DNA of 62,921 nucleotides, counting the filler, from Octopus bimaculoides (taxonomy: Eukaryota): the NCBI RefSeq assembly GCF_001194135.2. It is 5 parts of 5 records of this genome, joined end to end, with 100 filler letters (N's around TTAATTAATTAA, not from the genome) between each part and the next. Parts side by side here need not be neighbours in the genome. Positions count along the whole stretch, not along the records: positions 1 to 27,560 come from NC_068983.1; 4 more parts are not named here. One strand, given 5' to 3'. How positions within the stretch are numbered: position 1 is the first letter of the stretch; each line of letters starts with the position of its first letter. The notes under the pieces are model-generated. The model did not search any database, was not told the DNA's origin, and worked only from the letters and a program-made list of their open reading frames with translations. Shown here in pieces: positions 12,922 through 24,689 of the stretch. The translations under genes and the position numbers were made by a program.

Positions 12922-12959
<38 letters not shown>

Positions 12960-13339
12960 CCAAAGGAATGTTCTAGCTGTCCTTAACATCTGCTGAATAA
13001 ATAGCAAGATTTATCCAACATTACCACACACATCTCCATCCCCATGTCTTCCTCTGTTCTCATCACCTCCTACTCCTCCCCACCAAATACACATAGAAAT
13101 GCCCACATAACTCGCTTGACCTTCATACTGGTAAAAAGAGAAAAACATCCCTTTGTGATTCATCCACTTAAGTTATAACGCCTGAAGAAATGAATCGATG
13201 ATGATGATCAGCCGGATGCCCACAGATACTACGGACTACACTGTAACCATCCCAGGAGTACGGACTGTTATCTTAAAAGTCATATGGTTTGTGGAAACGT
13301 GCGTAGCGATGGACTGTTTATAAATTCCATCCTAGGATT

Positions 13340-13388
<49 letters not shown>

Positions 13389-13491
13389 CACACACGCACA
13401 CACACATACACACACACACACACACATATTAGACAAAACGAGATAACAAAGTCAAAGATGTGAGGAGTTTTCAGGACATTTATAAGGAAAA

Positions 13492-13528
<37 letters not shown>

Positions 13529-13530
<2 letters not shown>

Positions 13531-13576
13531 CTTACAGCTGTTTCTGGGATATTATGGATATCCCTTCATCAGAGAC
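13529..13576 (-). ncRNA. Minimal type-I hammerhead ribozyme motif (Penelope/retrozyme type)
   Basis: Minus strand GTCT-CTGATGA-A-GGGATAT-CCATA-ATATCCC-A-GAAAC-AGCT-GTA-AGAC: full core, 7-bp helix II, palindromic helix III ACAGCTGT, GUA triplet, 4-bp helix I. Confidence 0.75.
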
Positions 13577-13619
13577 GATGTGAGATGGTTAAATAGTGGT
13601 AAATATTTGAGTTAGAAAT

Positions 13620-13785
13620 AAGGAATTATTCAACCTGATGGTTATTGCAACCAAATTCTCTTAAATCATGCTCCACTGTATTTAAACGGGAATAACGCAC
13701 TGGATGAGATGATCCAGCTTGGCGTATGCTTGATCAGAGATCTTCTTAGTCATGGCTGACCTGGTGCTAAATGGAAACATCAGAA
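13620..13785 (+). repeat. Dispersed repeat family C fragment
   Basis: Similar to the 52070-52270 copy (ccaaattctcttaaatca ... gatcaga...gctgacctgg.gctaaa). Confidence 0.5.
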
Positions 13786-15829
13786 ATACTTATCTATCTA
13801 TGCTATAAATTTCTTGATTGCTTGAAGCTTTATTAATTTATTTTTAATAATCAAAGATATTTGTCAATTAAAAGCAACCCTTTCCCTTAGCTAGTGGTAG
13901 ATAATTGAAATGATTAGCAACAATTGGGAGTCGAAGGCGAATGACAGATTCACTTCCTTTTAAATGATTTGTAACGTTGTATGATGTGAAAATCAGTTAA
14001 AAAGTGTTTTTTTATTATTTGATTCAAATTTTCTATGTTTTACACTGGTGGGGATAAGTGGGAGGTTGTGGCATTTATAAGTTCTCCAAGATCATTAGCA
14101 GATGTAAAAGAAAGTGAGGTAACTTCAGCTAAGATTCAGTCTCAAATTTCAGATAAAACTTGCTATTCCTTGCAATACAGTGTTTTCCATTAAGTTCATA
14201 ATAATTTTTTTTTTCAAAGCTGCATAGATTAAGAATGATGGAGAATGGAAATGAGAAGCGATCTTTACCTCTTTAACTAGAATATGTTTTGAATAATTAA
14301 TATGTAATAGAAACAGCTAAAAATCAGAACCGTCCACCGAATTAAAACCTTTGTTTCACGACACAGCGTTCACCAGTGATGTCAAAAAAGAGCTACAGAG
14401 ATGAGAATATATATTTTCATGATTTCTTTTAGAGTAATATAACGATGTAATTTACGTTGAATTACATTAACTTGAAATCTGGTTTACTTTGGCCTCCTCT
14501 GTTGCACAGCAGAGCTCACTGTGAGGTCAACAATTAAAGAAACAAAGATTTGATTTAAATATTCTTCACTCAGAAATTAATATGAACAACAAACAAAGTT
14601 TTGTTCGAAATATTCACTCTGAGCTCTTTAATTTCATGACTAATTACACTGCTTTAATTAGTTACAAAAATGATTAGAAAGCCATACAGATAATTCAGAA
14701 GAAATTTGAACTTCACATTTATTTAAAAATACTAAAAGGAACGAAATGGTGTTAAACTTTAGAACTCGGAGAAAAAATATTGTAATGTAAAACTCATTGA
14801 ATGAGAATTCATTGCTTTTAACGAAAATATTCAAAATCTTACATGAAAGCAAAATGTCACAGTTGATAACAGGGATGTTATGATGTTATTAATATCAAAA
14901 ATTTATTTCTGTAATTAATTAAAATCGAAGTATCTAAATTAAGAGTGATCAATAGTTAATGAATTTGAGCGCCTCAATTAATACAGTTTTGTTTAATTTA
15001 TTAGAGAGATAGTGTTGATGGGAGAATACAGAGCACCAGGATTGGTGATTTAAAATATAATCTGTTTACCGCTCCCATTCCCGAAATAATAATCTTATAT
15101 TTGATTATAGCCGAAGAATGTACTCTGTAACCACTTCACTGCGAGACAGTTACCTTGGTTATGAACATTGTAACGTCATGCGTACGTCGGCAATATGACC
15201 AGCCCATTGGTTATCGATTTGTCACACAATTACTCTAAATATATACACTAATACGCAGATATAGTTCAACAGTAACGTGATGCTTATTAATTTTCCCCTC
15301 CTCTTATTTTTAGTTTATTTATGAACTCAGTTTCCAGGAGCATTTACTTGCGCGTTTCACAAGAGTGTTCATTTACAGTTTCCATGAATGTGTTCTTGTG
15401 TTAATTTATTCAAAGGAGTTCACATATCAAGACTTGTTTTGGTATCTCATATCTTAAAGTATGAACATCGTACTTCTTGTCTGTTTACTAAAAAACGTTA
15501 TTTCTTTCTTCCCTTATTTAGTTCCCTATCCTTAAAAATCTTTGCAGAATGTGTGCTTGAGTTTGTGTTTTAATTCCTAGTTTATGCTCTTTATTTTTGT
15601 TGCATTTTTGTTTATTTAGAAGCATAACATGGAACTGCATATATAGAATTTCCCTTTTGTAATAAAAATTTCTGAAGGCTATGTATTCCACCAAATTTTT
15701 AATCTTATTAACTTTTCTTGCTTTTAATCTTATCTTCTTTCCGTAATTCTTCTTCCCTAGTTATGCATCTTCCAAGATAAGTGAGTTTGGACAAATTCCC
15801 ACAGCATAATTACTCCGTGACTTGTCATT

Positions 15830-16038
15830 TACAAAGGGGTGCTGAAATGTTCCTGGCTTTAAGAGTATCGCGAAATGCTTGGTTGAAAGCCCAAACTTCT
15901 GAGTTCTTTTACAGGGCTTAGGATCACTGCAATAAGTGTGTGAATCTGAGAAGGGAATATGTTGAATAAAATCATAATTGGCTGATCCTCCTGTATTTTT
16001 TTTACCCAAAGCCAGGAACTTTTCAGCACCTCCTCGTA
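15830..16038 (-). mobile_element. Mariner-derived MITE, second copy
   Basis: TIRs TACAAAGGGGTGCTGAAATGTTCCTGGCTTT ... AAAGCCAGGAACTTTTCAGCACCTCCTCGTA; interior is reverse-homologous to 7534-7747. Confidence 0.8.
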
Positions 16039-17917
16039 TATTTGCTTCTGGAGCATTTCCTACCTGTTTTCTCCAAGTAGGAAAGTGGAGTGTCTAGTCG
16101 ATTGTAGTTATTGAAGTAAATAACTGTTTGTATTCTTTGACAAGATGGCTTGAATTTACTAATGGAGGCTAACAAAGTATTCAATTATGAACTGTTCTCC
16201 CTGCCTGCAATGCTGACTTGTACGTAGTCACAAGTAAATTCAGTCATCACAAGTAAATTCAGTCATCGAAAACAGTGTCTTGGAGATTCTTGGATGGGAT
16301 ACAACCATTAAACATACGTCTGGTAGGCCAACATTTCCACTTTGGCCGACCATGGATCTTGTGTCGTTATTTATGAAAGATTTCTTATATGTTACTCTTA
16401 AAAATGAATTATGGTAGATATAACCCGAGGTACAACGAACTTCTAAATTAAAAGAAAGAAATGGGTAGTGACAATCAAGGCTTTTAGAAGAGCAACAAAA
16501 CCAATTCAGTAAAGGGAATGAGTTTCAATCAAGACCCGAAATCAGAAATCATATTACGTCGCTGAATATCGGTAAGCTACCGACAATCTGAACCTGTGAC
16601 CTGATATGAATCACTTATTGCAACTTTACTTATTTGAACAACAATTTCATAATAAAATAGAAATAATTCATTTGGCTGATTTTTACTTTCATATTGAACG
16701 CTGAGACATGACTTCCATTCATTGGTGAAACTTTTCAATTCAGTTATGATTGACGTACAAATAACACGAACGTTACATGTTTTGATTTAGCTTCTCTTAT
16801 GTATTAGAGAAAAAAAAAAACTTTATTTGTACAAGAAACAAATTTTCATAAATTTACTGCTTCTTCAAAGCAATTAGTGTATGGGATCATTATCGATATA
16901 AATTAAATACGTTTTAGGGACAGCAAGCCACACTGACAAATGATTAACTGCGTACTGCGTACTGGGATAGGACAGTTAACTCGTCGCTTACATGTGTCAG
17001 TTGAAGATATGTGATTCCATTCGTTAGACACGTTCTCTGGAATAATTTCGAATGAAAAATAAATTAAAACAAACACACAAAGCAGAACAAAAACGTCTTT
17101 TGGATCAATTCATTGAAAACAACTGATATATTTTCCCACTTTTACAATTCCCATAGAGAGTTCAGTACATTTTCAGGGAAACTTTTTCGCGAGGCAGTAA
17201 GTCTCTAACGTAAACTTAAATCATTTATTGTTGTTGTTATTGCTGCTGCTGCTGCTGTCGTTGCTGCAGAGGAGCATCGAGTACAGTATCTAGTTCTGTC
17301 ATTCTCATTTTCAAGTTTAAAACTCACTGAATTAAACTCTACTGTTCATTACTCTTTTGTAAAAATTAGTTTTATTCTCCTCTTTAAACAACTGATCTTA
17401 TGTGCATAAAAGAAAAAAAGAAAAAAAAAAAACAATAATACATGAGTGAATGAAAGCGGTCGGCAGAACCTGCACATCACTGGATAAAATAAAAAGTGCT
17501 TTTTAATTATATTTCGTGTTCAAATCCAGCTATGGTCGTCGACCTAACCTTTTCAGTCATACATTGTGGCCAATTAAATTGGTTGTACTCTGTTTCTGAT
17601 ATAGGTTACACGTATTGGCGTTATCTATTTCAGAAACCCTTAAAAGGAAGAATGTGGATAGTGGAGCTGGCCGAGAAAATAGTACTGAACTAAAGGGATT
17701 GTGATATATAATATCTGTCTTGCATCTAAGTTCAAAATCAATGATGTTTCATAACCTTCCCATAGCAGTTGAAATATAAGTACTATCTATACATTGGAAT
17801 AGCTACATTGATTATACTATCAACAACTGGTCTTCACCTAAATATATCCTTACAAGAGCTTTGTTGTTTACATCGGCTCAGTCCTTATAATTTATATTTT
17901 AAAACTATATACTTATT

Positions 17918-18150
17918 CTATTGTTCACTTTCGCTGAACAGCTAAGTTATGGGGACGTAAACAAGGCAACAGTTGTCAGGCGGTGGTGAAGGGATAAGTA
18001 CAAAATACACACACACACTTTCCTTTTTGTCTACCAAATCCACTGACAAAGCCTTGGTCGGCTCGAGGTTATAGAAGACACGCAGTGGGATTGAACCCGG
18101 AACCATGTGGCTGAGAAACAAACTTACAAACTTCTTAGTACATAGTCACG
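17918..18150 (-). mobile_element. SINE family A (tRNA-derived)
   Basis: Reverse B-box region GGATTGAACCCGGAACCATGTGG, body ctaccaaatccact.acaaagccttggtcgg, tail gctaagttatggggacgtaaac. Confidence 0.75.
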
Positions 18151-18436
18151 ACGCCAGTAAATTATTGATCTTTTACAGGGTTGAAAATTAGATTGTTACA
18201 ATGACGAGGAACGAATGAATTGATATTAATGGTATTTTAATTGCATTAGCAGATAAAACTGGCAAAAGTGTACTGTTACACTTTTTGTGGCAGATACTGA
18301 CATTTACGGCTTCTCGTTTTTGCGTATATTCTACAAATTGTTGAAATTTTATGAAATCTTAGGAAGGCCATTTTGACAATAAAAACAAGCACATTGATTC
18401 CACTTCTTTTTCCTTTTATTATCATTAGCTAACTTA

Positions 18437-19430
18437 GGTGCGATCTAGCAAAAGTGTTAGCGCGTTGGACAAAATGTTTAGCGGCATTTCTTCCGGTTCT
18501 GTGTGTTCTGAGTTCAAATGCTTCACTATGTATCTTTTCGGGGACGGTAAAATAAAGTACCAATCAAATACTGGAACAACGTAATCGACTTCTTTTGCCA
18601 CACTAAAATATTGATTTCAGAATTTGATACAAGGCCAGCAATTTCGGGCGAGGGGTAAGTCTATTACATCGACCCCAGTGCTCAACTGGTACTTATTTTA
18701 TCGACCCCGAAAGGATGAAAGGGAATATTCTTCTCGGCGGCATTTGAACTCAGAACATAAGACGAACGAAATGCTGCTAAGCCTTTTTCCCGGCGTGTCA
18801 ATGATCCTGCTAGCTTACTGCCTTCTGCCCGGTGAGCGGGCAGAATCGTTAGAGCGTCGGAGAAAATGCTTAGCGGAATTTCTTCCGGTTCTGAGATTAA
18901 ATGCCACCGAGATCAACTTTGCTTTTCATCCTTCCAGGGTCGATAAAGTAAATAACAATTGAGCACCGAGTTCGATGTAATCAATTATACTTCATCCACT
19001 AAAATTACTCGCCTCGCGTCAAAATAAGAAAGAATTATTATTCTTTCCTACTCTAGGAACAAGGCCCGAAATTTTTGTGGAGCGGGGCCATTCGATTAGA
19101 TCGAACCAGTACGAAACTGGTACTTAATTTATCGACCCCAAAAAGATGAAAGGAAAAATCGTCCTCGGCAGAATTTGAATTCAGAACGTAAAGACAGGCG
19201 AAATACCACTAAGCATTTCACCCGGCGTGCTAACGTTTCTTATTTCTTTACTGCCCTCAAGGGGCTACACACAGAAGGGACAAACAAGGACAGGCAAACG
19301 GATTAAGTCGATTACATCGACCCTAATGCGTAACTGGTACTTTTTTAATTGACCCCGAAAGAATGAAAAACAAAGTCGACCTCGGCGGAATTTGAGCTCA
19401 GAACGTAGCGGCAGACGAAATACCGATTTC
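18437..19430. mobile_element. Cluster of five SINE family B copies (+,-,+,-,-), Meta-domain-like
   Basis: Repeated gttcaaat.cc.ccgag.tc.actttgc.tttcatcctt.c.gggtcgataaa..aagtacc motif at ~18437-18600(+), 18628-18825(-), 18830-19015(+), 19055-19235(-), 19290-19427(-). The Meta-domain assignment rests on remembered similarity to Sauria-type SINE cores. Confidence 0.8.
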
Positions 19431-20560
19431 TTTATTACCCACAAGGGGCTAAACACAGATGAGACAATACACACATGCGGGGACAATTAACACACGATAG
19501 AATGGAACAATGAAATTAAACAATGATGATGGGACAGCCACCCCAGCCCCACCCCGGGGCGGCCGCGTTATTTCAATTATTTCAACAGTTCTCAATAGTT
19601 CTTTTCACAGTCTTCGATAGTTCTTTTCAAAATTAGCTCAATAATTTATCCAAAATAAAACTACTCACCATTTTATATAATCTTTTATTTCCTCGTAGTT
19701 CACCACTGGAGCGCTGGGTTCGAAATTCACCTCGGTCCCCAGTGGGTTTATATCTGTCGGGAAAGCCTCTTTTAATTTTTTATACTTTTCTTTTTCTATT
19801 AAAATCAATCTCGCCTCCTTATCGCAACGGTCCGAGAGGTCCACTTTGACAATGTCTTTTATTTTGGATATCTTCTTTTCTATTTTTTGTGTATATCGAT
19901 ATGACANNNNNNNNNNNNNNNNNNNNNNNNNNNNNNNNNNNNNNNNNNNNNNNNNNNNNNNNNNNNNNNNNNNNNNNNNNNNNNNNNNNNNNNNNNNNNN
20001 NNNNNNNNNNNNNNNNNNNNNNNNNNNNNNNNNNNNNNNNNNNNNNNNNNNNNNNNNNNNNNNNNNNNNNNNNNNNNNNNNNNNNNNNNNNNNNNNNNNN
20101 NNNNNGTTTGTGTGACTGTAAGTCTGCATGTTGTGTTTGTGTGTCTCTGTTTTCAGGTTCTGTGCTTTTAGGTTTCTGCAACTCTGCGTTATCTTCTACG
20201 CTTCCGAGTGTATGTATATCTGTGTGTTTATGCATCTGTGTATCTGTCTATCTGTGCGATTGTGAGACTGTATGGTTCTGTGGTAATGTTCTGTTATTAT
20301 CCTCTTTCCTCAGTGATCCCACTTGATCCTGTGATTTGTATTTTTTCCCTTGTTCGACTTTCGGCGATGAGCTCCTCCTTTCTCTCTTCTTTGATTTAGC
20401 TTCCTCAAAATCAGCTCTCTGCTCCTCTTCCTGTGACTGTTTTCTCTCTTTTATCACGCCTTCTAGCGTTTCCATTTCTTTGTTTTCCATTATTTCTGTG
20501 CACCTTCTTCTAATGTGACCTCTTTTGCCACATTCGTAGCAAAATGAATATTCATGCCTC
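19428..20560 (-). mobile_element. Gag-like ORF1 (CCHC zinc knuckle) retroelement 3' portion with no ORF2
   Basis: CYECGKRGHIRRRC (CX2CX4HX4C) at 20541-20500, then a charged low-complexity ORF ending YIKW* at 19665, a ~240-bp 3' UTR and ...CCCCTTGTGGGTAATAAAGAAA at ~19428. Confidence 0.65.
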
Positions 20561-20629
20561 TATCGATGTTTTATCAAATTGCGATAACACTGAATAAATT
20601 GTAATAACATTGAATTAGGATATTTACTT

Positions 20630-20960
20630 TGAAGCCAGAATTTGTTATTTTAAGGAACTTTGGCTACTGTTTCTGACAGGTCAGTCTTTTACGTAGAAGC
20701 TATTTTAGTTGTCGTTTAGCCCTGATTAAGTGACCTACGATAAAAGAAATTCCGATTGTGACCACCCTACCCTTTTTCTATTTCAAGGACTTAATTGTCC
20801 TTGAGTCTCTCCCTTTTTAAAACGATAGAATGTATGATTTGAGGGAGTTTGGGCTGCTAATCCTAGCAATTCGAACAGTCACGCAGAGGTTCCCTCATTT
20901 ATCTTTCGCTCTGTTAGCTCTTATTAAGCCCCAAATTGGACGTTTCTGACAGAGCGTTAC
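20630..20960 (-). repeat. Dispersed repeat family C
   Basis: ttggctact.tttct.acagg, gtttagccc, atttgagggagtttgggctgcta.t.ctagca motifs, reverse of 52070-52270. Confidence 0.55.
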
Positions 20961-21951
20961 ACGAACTTGTTTTACAAATTATATGAATGTATCCTCTATT
21001 CATCTTTTCCCTTCTCTCTCTTTTGCTCAGTCCCTGTTAATATGTACGTACACATAAGGCATGTTTAGCTCTGTTTCTCTCTTTCACCTCGATCACTTTT
21101 ACTCTGCTGACATCTCACTTTATCGATAGGCTTTACATTTGATGTTTACCACATAATCACATAGGTTGTTCTGTTCTTAATAAGAAAGCACGAGTAACTT
21201 TAAGATATTTAAGATATTTTTTGAAAAGAAATGTGAAGTGGTTGATACCCAAAAGAGTTAGCGGATACGTTCAACTGAAACGACTTAAGTCAATGAAGAA
21301 AACAATCTTATATTTAACACGAAAGAATGAATTGGTGCTGAAGGCAGAGTTTCAATGCATTGGAAATTATATGTATACATCTGTTACGTCAAAAGTTAGG
21401 TCTATGCTCTTTGTTTGAAGACTTTTTCACCTTCCACTTTACGAAATATTTGATATATAGCAGCAAACTGATAATATATCTCCTCTTTTCTTGAATTTTA
21501 CATTAAAATTATTGATTTTAAGACACGTACATTATAACATGTATCCACGTATGTGATATCTTGTATCCACGTACATAATAACATGAAAACTGGATAGTCT
21601 GTAGAAGGTATTAGAATCAAACACTTAAGATCTATAACCTTCAAGTAAAATTATTGTATGCAACATATAAAGATGCATAGATATGGAGAAAGAAGAGAGT
21701 GATCAATACTAAGTTAGTTTTAAGTATTTCATGTTAACACGTTCCAAATGCTGTGTGCACACCTCACTCAATTTCTTGCGAGAATTAATTCTCAGTTTCA
21801 ATTCATATTTTTCAACTTCAATAACACACAAGCATACCCGGTATTTCGGCGTAATTTCGCCTGTTCAGTTGTCGATATCACTGCATCATTTGGAGCTAGG
21901 CCGGAACTTTTTCTTTTACATCTGTATAGTAAATTGCAAATAATATACGTG

Positions 21952-22042
<91 letters not shown>

Positions 22043-22113
22043 GTGTTTGTCGTGTGTATGTATGTATATATAAAGTTAACAGTCGGTAAAATTGTATACA
22101 CGTTTTCCCAATC

Positions 22114-23054
22114 TACAAGGTGCGTAAGGTATTTAAGGACATACCTTTTTTGGTCATTGCTGCATCATTTGTTAACACTGTATAATCTTTGTTTCAGAAA
22201 ATAATAATGGCAGACCCTCAGCTTGCTCAAGAAGTGAAGAAGCATGCTGTTATTATGGTTTATAAAGGCTGAGCATGGTGATTTAGAAGTATTTCGACTT
22301 TTAAAAGTTGCCAGATCTTTCGTGTACAAAGCTTGTAAGGAGCCAGAGACTGAAGATGGAGACGTATCACCAGTATCAAAGCATGAAAGAATTCTAAATG
22401 CTCTGAAATCATCACAACACCTGAATTTATCCAGCAAATTCAACAGACCATTGATTACAATCCCAGAAAGTCCATGAGATCAATTGCAAATAATCTTCAT
22501 GCGTCAGAAGGAACAGTCAGAAATACTGTTCACGAAGACATTAGATATAAGTCTTATATGATGAAGAAAGGTCCATTTGTCAGAAAAAGCAAAAGAAAAT
22601 CACTACATCAGATCTAAAAGGCTCTTAAACAGACTGATTTGATTTGGCTTTTCTCAATCGAGAAAAACTTTGACCAAGATCAAAAAGTTAACAGAAGAAA
22701 TGACCCTTCTGAAGACCCTTCTGAAGTTCCAAGTGTTATGCATACAAAATTTCCCGCAACCGTCATGGTATTAGGAGTTGTCAGTAATGAAGGACATGTA
22801 TGCCTCTTTTTCTTTCCACAAGACCTTAGAGTTAACTCTGCCGTCTAAATTGAGGTCCTGGAAATAATTTTTAAGCCCTGGATAGACAGTGTATGCAATG
22901 GAAGGCCATATGTGTATCAGTAAGACTCTGCACTATGCACATGGCTCTTGTAACACAGGAATGGATGACTGAACATTTTCATAATCACACAACCCTTAGG
23001 CCTCCTAATTCTTCAGATCTCAATCAATTGGACTATTACATGTGGAGCGTTATT

Positions 23055-23139
<85 letters not shown>

Positions 23140-23414
23140 GTCAATGAACAAGCCCATAACACCAAACATTCTTTGAAAGCTGCCATAGTCAGAGTAATGT
23201 CCAAAATGAAGTAGGACCACTTGATTCGAGCAAGTATACGATTTGGATCTCATATAGAAACAGTTTTTAAAGCTGAAGGTGGCTTTATTGAATAACATTT
23301 TAGAAAAGAAGGTTTATTTTTGATAAATTTTTTTTTGATAAATAATATTATCTGCTATTATATGTGTTTTTTTAAAAACATAAATCTGTCCTCAAATATC
23401 TCACGCACCCTGTA
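22114..23414 (+). mobile_element. Full-length Tc1/mariner-superfamily transposon (DDxD, maT/DD37D-like), inactivated
   Basis: TIRs TACAAGGTGCGTAAGGTATTTAAGGACA / TGTCCTCAAATATCTCACGCACCCTGTA. Transposase from ATG ~22207 with WLFS(I)EKNFDQDQKVNRRND, VMVLGVVSNEG, YVYQ*DSA, PPNSSDLNQLDYYMW; several stops and frameshifts. Confidence 0.9.
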
Positions 23415-24509
23415 TATACATAAATGGCAATTTCTGCCTGTTTGTGAAAGAGAGTGTGTGTTTGTAAATTTGTTGCTTTAACTTCTCCGAGACTATCCAA
23501 CCGGTCTTGATGAAACTTGAAACGTGTATGGGGCTTATAGCCATGCGGTCACTTACGGACTTGAAATTTCAAAAAAATCGATAATTTTTAATCAGCATAG
23601 ATTTTTCAAAAATCAGTAGGACATTTCAATGCAAATTCTCATAGGAATGTTATTTTCCGCCATAACTTCTAAAGCTTTCAGCTGATTTTCTTGGAATTTA
23701 TATACAGATGGAATATACGTTAAGGATGAGTGGAGACAAATTTTTCCCTAGGCTATTCAAGCAAAGCGTAAGATGATTTTTGATTAATTGATTAACGAAA
23801 TTTGGCAGAAATTGTTGTGGTTAAAATGTTCATCAATTATTTCAGCATTCTCAGGTTGCTGTAACATGTATTTTCTCAACACCTGCACTTAAAATTATCG
23901 ATTCTAAACGTTGCAAGGTTGTGTGCTAAAACATGTAACATATATTTTCTTAGAACCTGCACTTAAAATTGTCGCTTCTAACTGTTGCAAACGATATTTG
24001 TTTCTCACGATCATTGGAAGTGTACCCGTGAAACAGTTGTCAAATTAAGTGCATGTGCACTTAAAATTTTCTTCCGGGTTACAAGAGAATTTACCCCAAA
24101 ATGCTTTTTTTTCTTCCTCATAGCATCTTACAACTCTTATGACCGCCACGTTGTCGCCTCTGCACTCCAGCCGTTTTAGTAAGTATAAAATGTCTTTTCT
24201 CTAAATAAATTTTTGCTTACTTTTCAAACTTTTATGCTCTTTTTTTTTCTTCATAGCACTCCTTTACAATTCCCTTCTTGATGTTTCCATTGATTATATA
24301 TTTGCAGCTTTCCACTCATCTGACCAAACGAATGTCATTTTCTGATTCCATACGTATTTATTTGTAGTATTTTTTCGTGAATGCATATACTTACACCTTC
24401 TGTTATCTGCCCTATGTCTTGATTTCATTTTCCGTCCGAGAGAAATTAGGCATTGTAATGGGCACTGGGAATATCCCCGCTCCCGAGTATTACCGGGTAC
24501 CTCAGCTAG
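23414..24509 (+). mobile_element. Non-autonomous Helitron-like element
   Basis: Starts TATATACATAAATGGC; internal ~36-bp direct repeats (acctgcacttaaaatt, 23881 and 23955); 3' hairpin CCCG-AGTATTAC-CGGG then CTAG|T at 24506-24510. Confidence 0.55.
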
Positions 24510-24689
24510 TTACTTTATAATTTGGTTTTGTATTTACACAATTTTCAGTTTCATAACAATTATGGAGATGAATTTTTAACTGAATAGTTACATTTCCTTT
24601 GCAACAGTGACTACAACTAAATGGCACTTTCGTAGAACTAAAGTGAGATAGCGCTTAAGTTATTTCATCAATTTTTTGAGTGGATGATA

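Noticed and set aside
15761-15809. Plus terminal-exon candidate YASSKISEFGQIPTA* after a pyrimidine-rich acceptor
   Set aside because: Too short to distinguish from chance; no upstream exon identified.
17634-17704. Plus terminal-exon candidate TLKRKNVDSGAGRENSTELKGL*
   Set aside because: Two frames are open, it follows a SINE fragment, and no homology was recognised.
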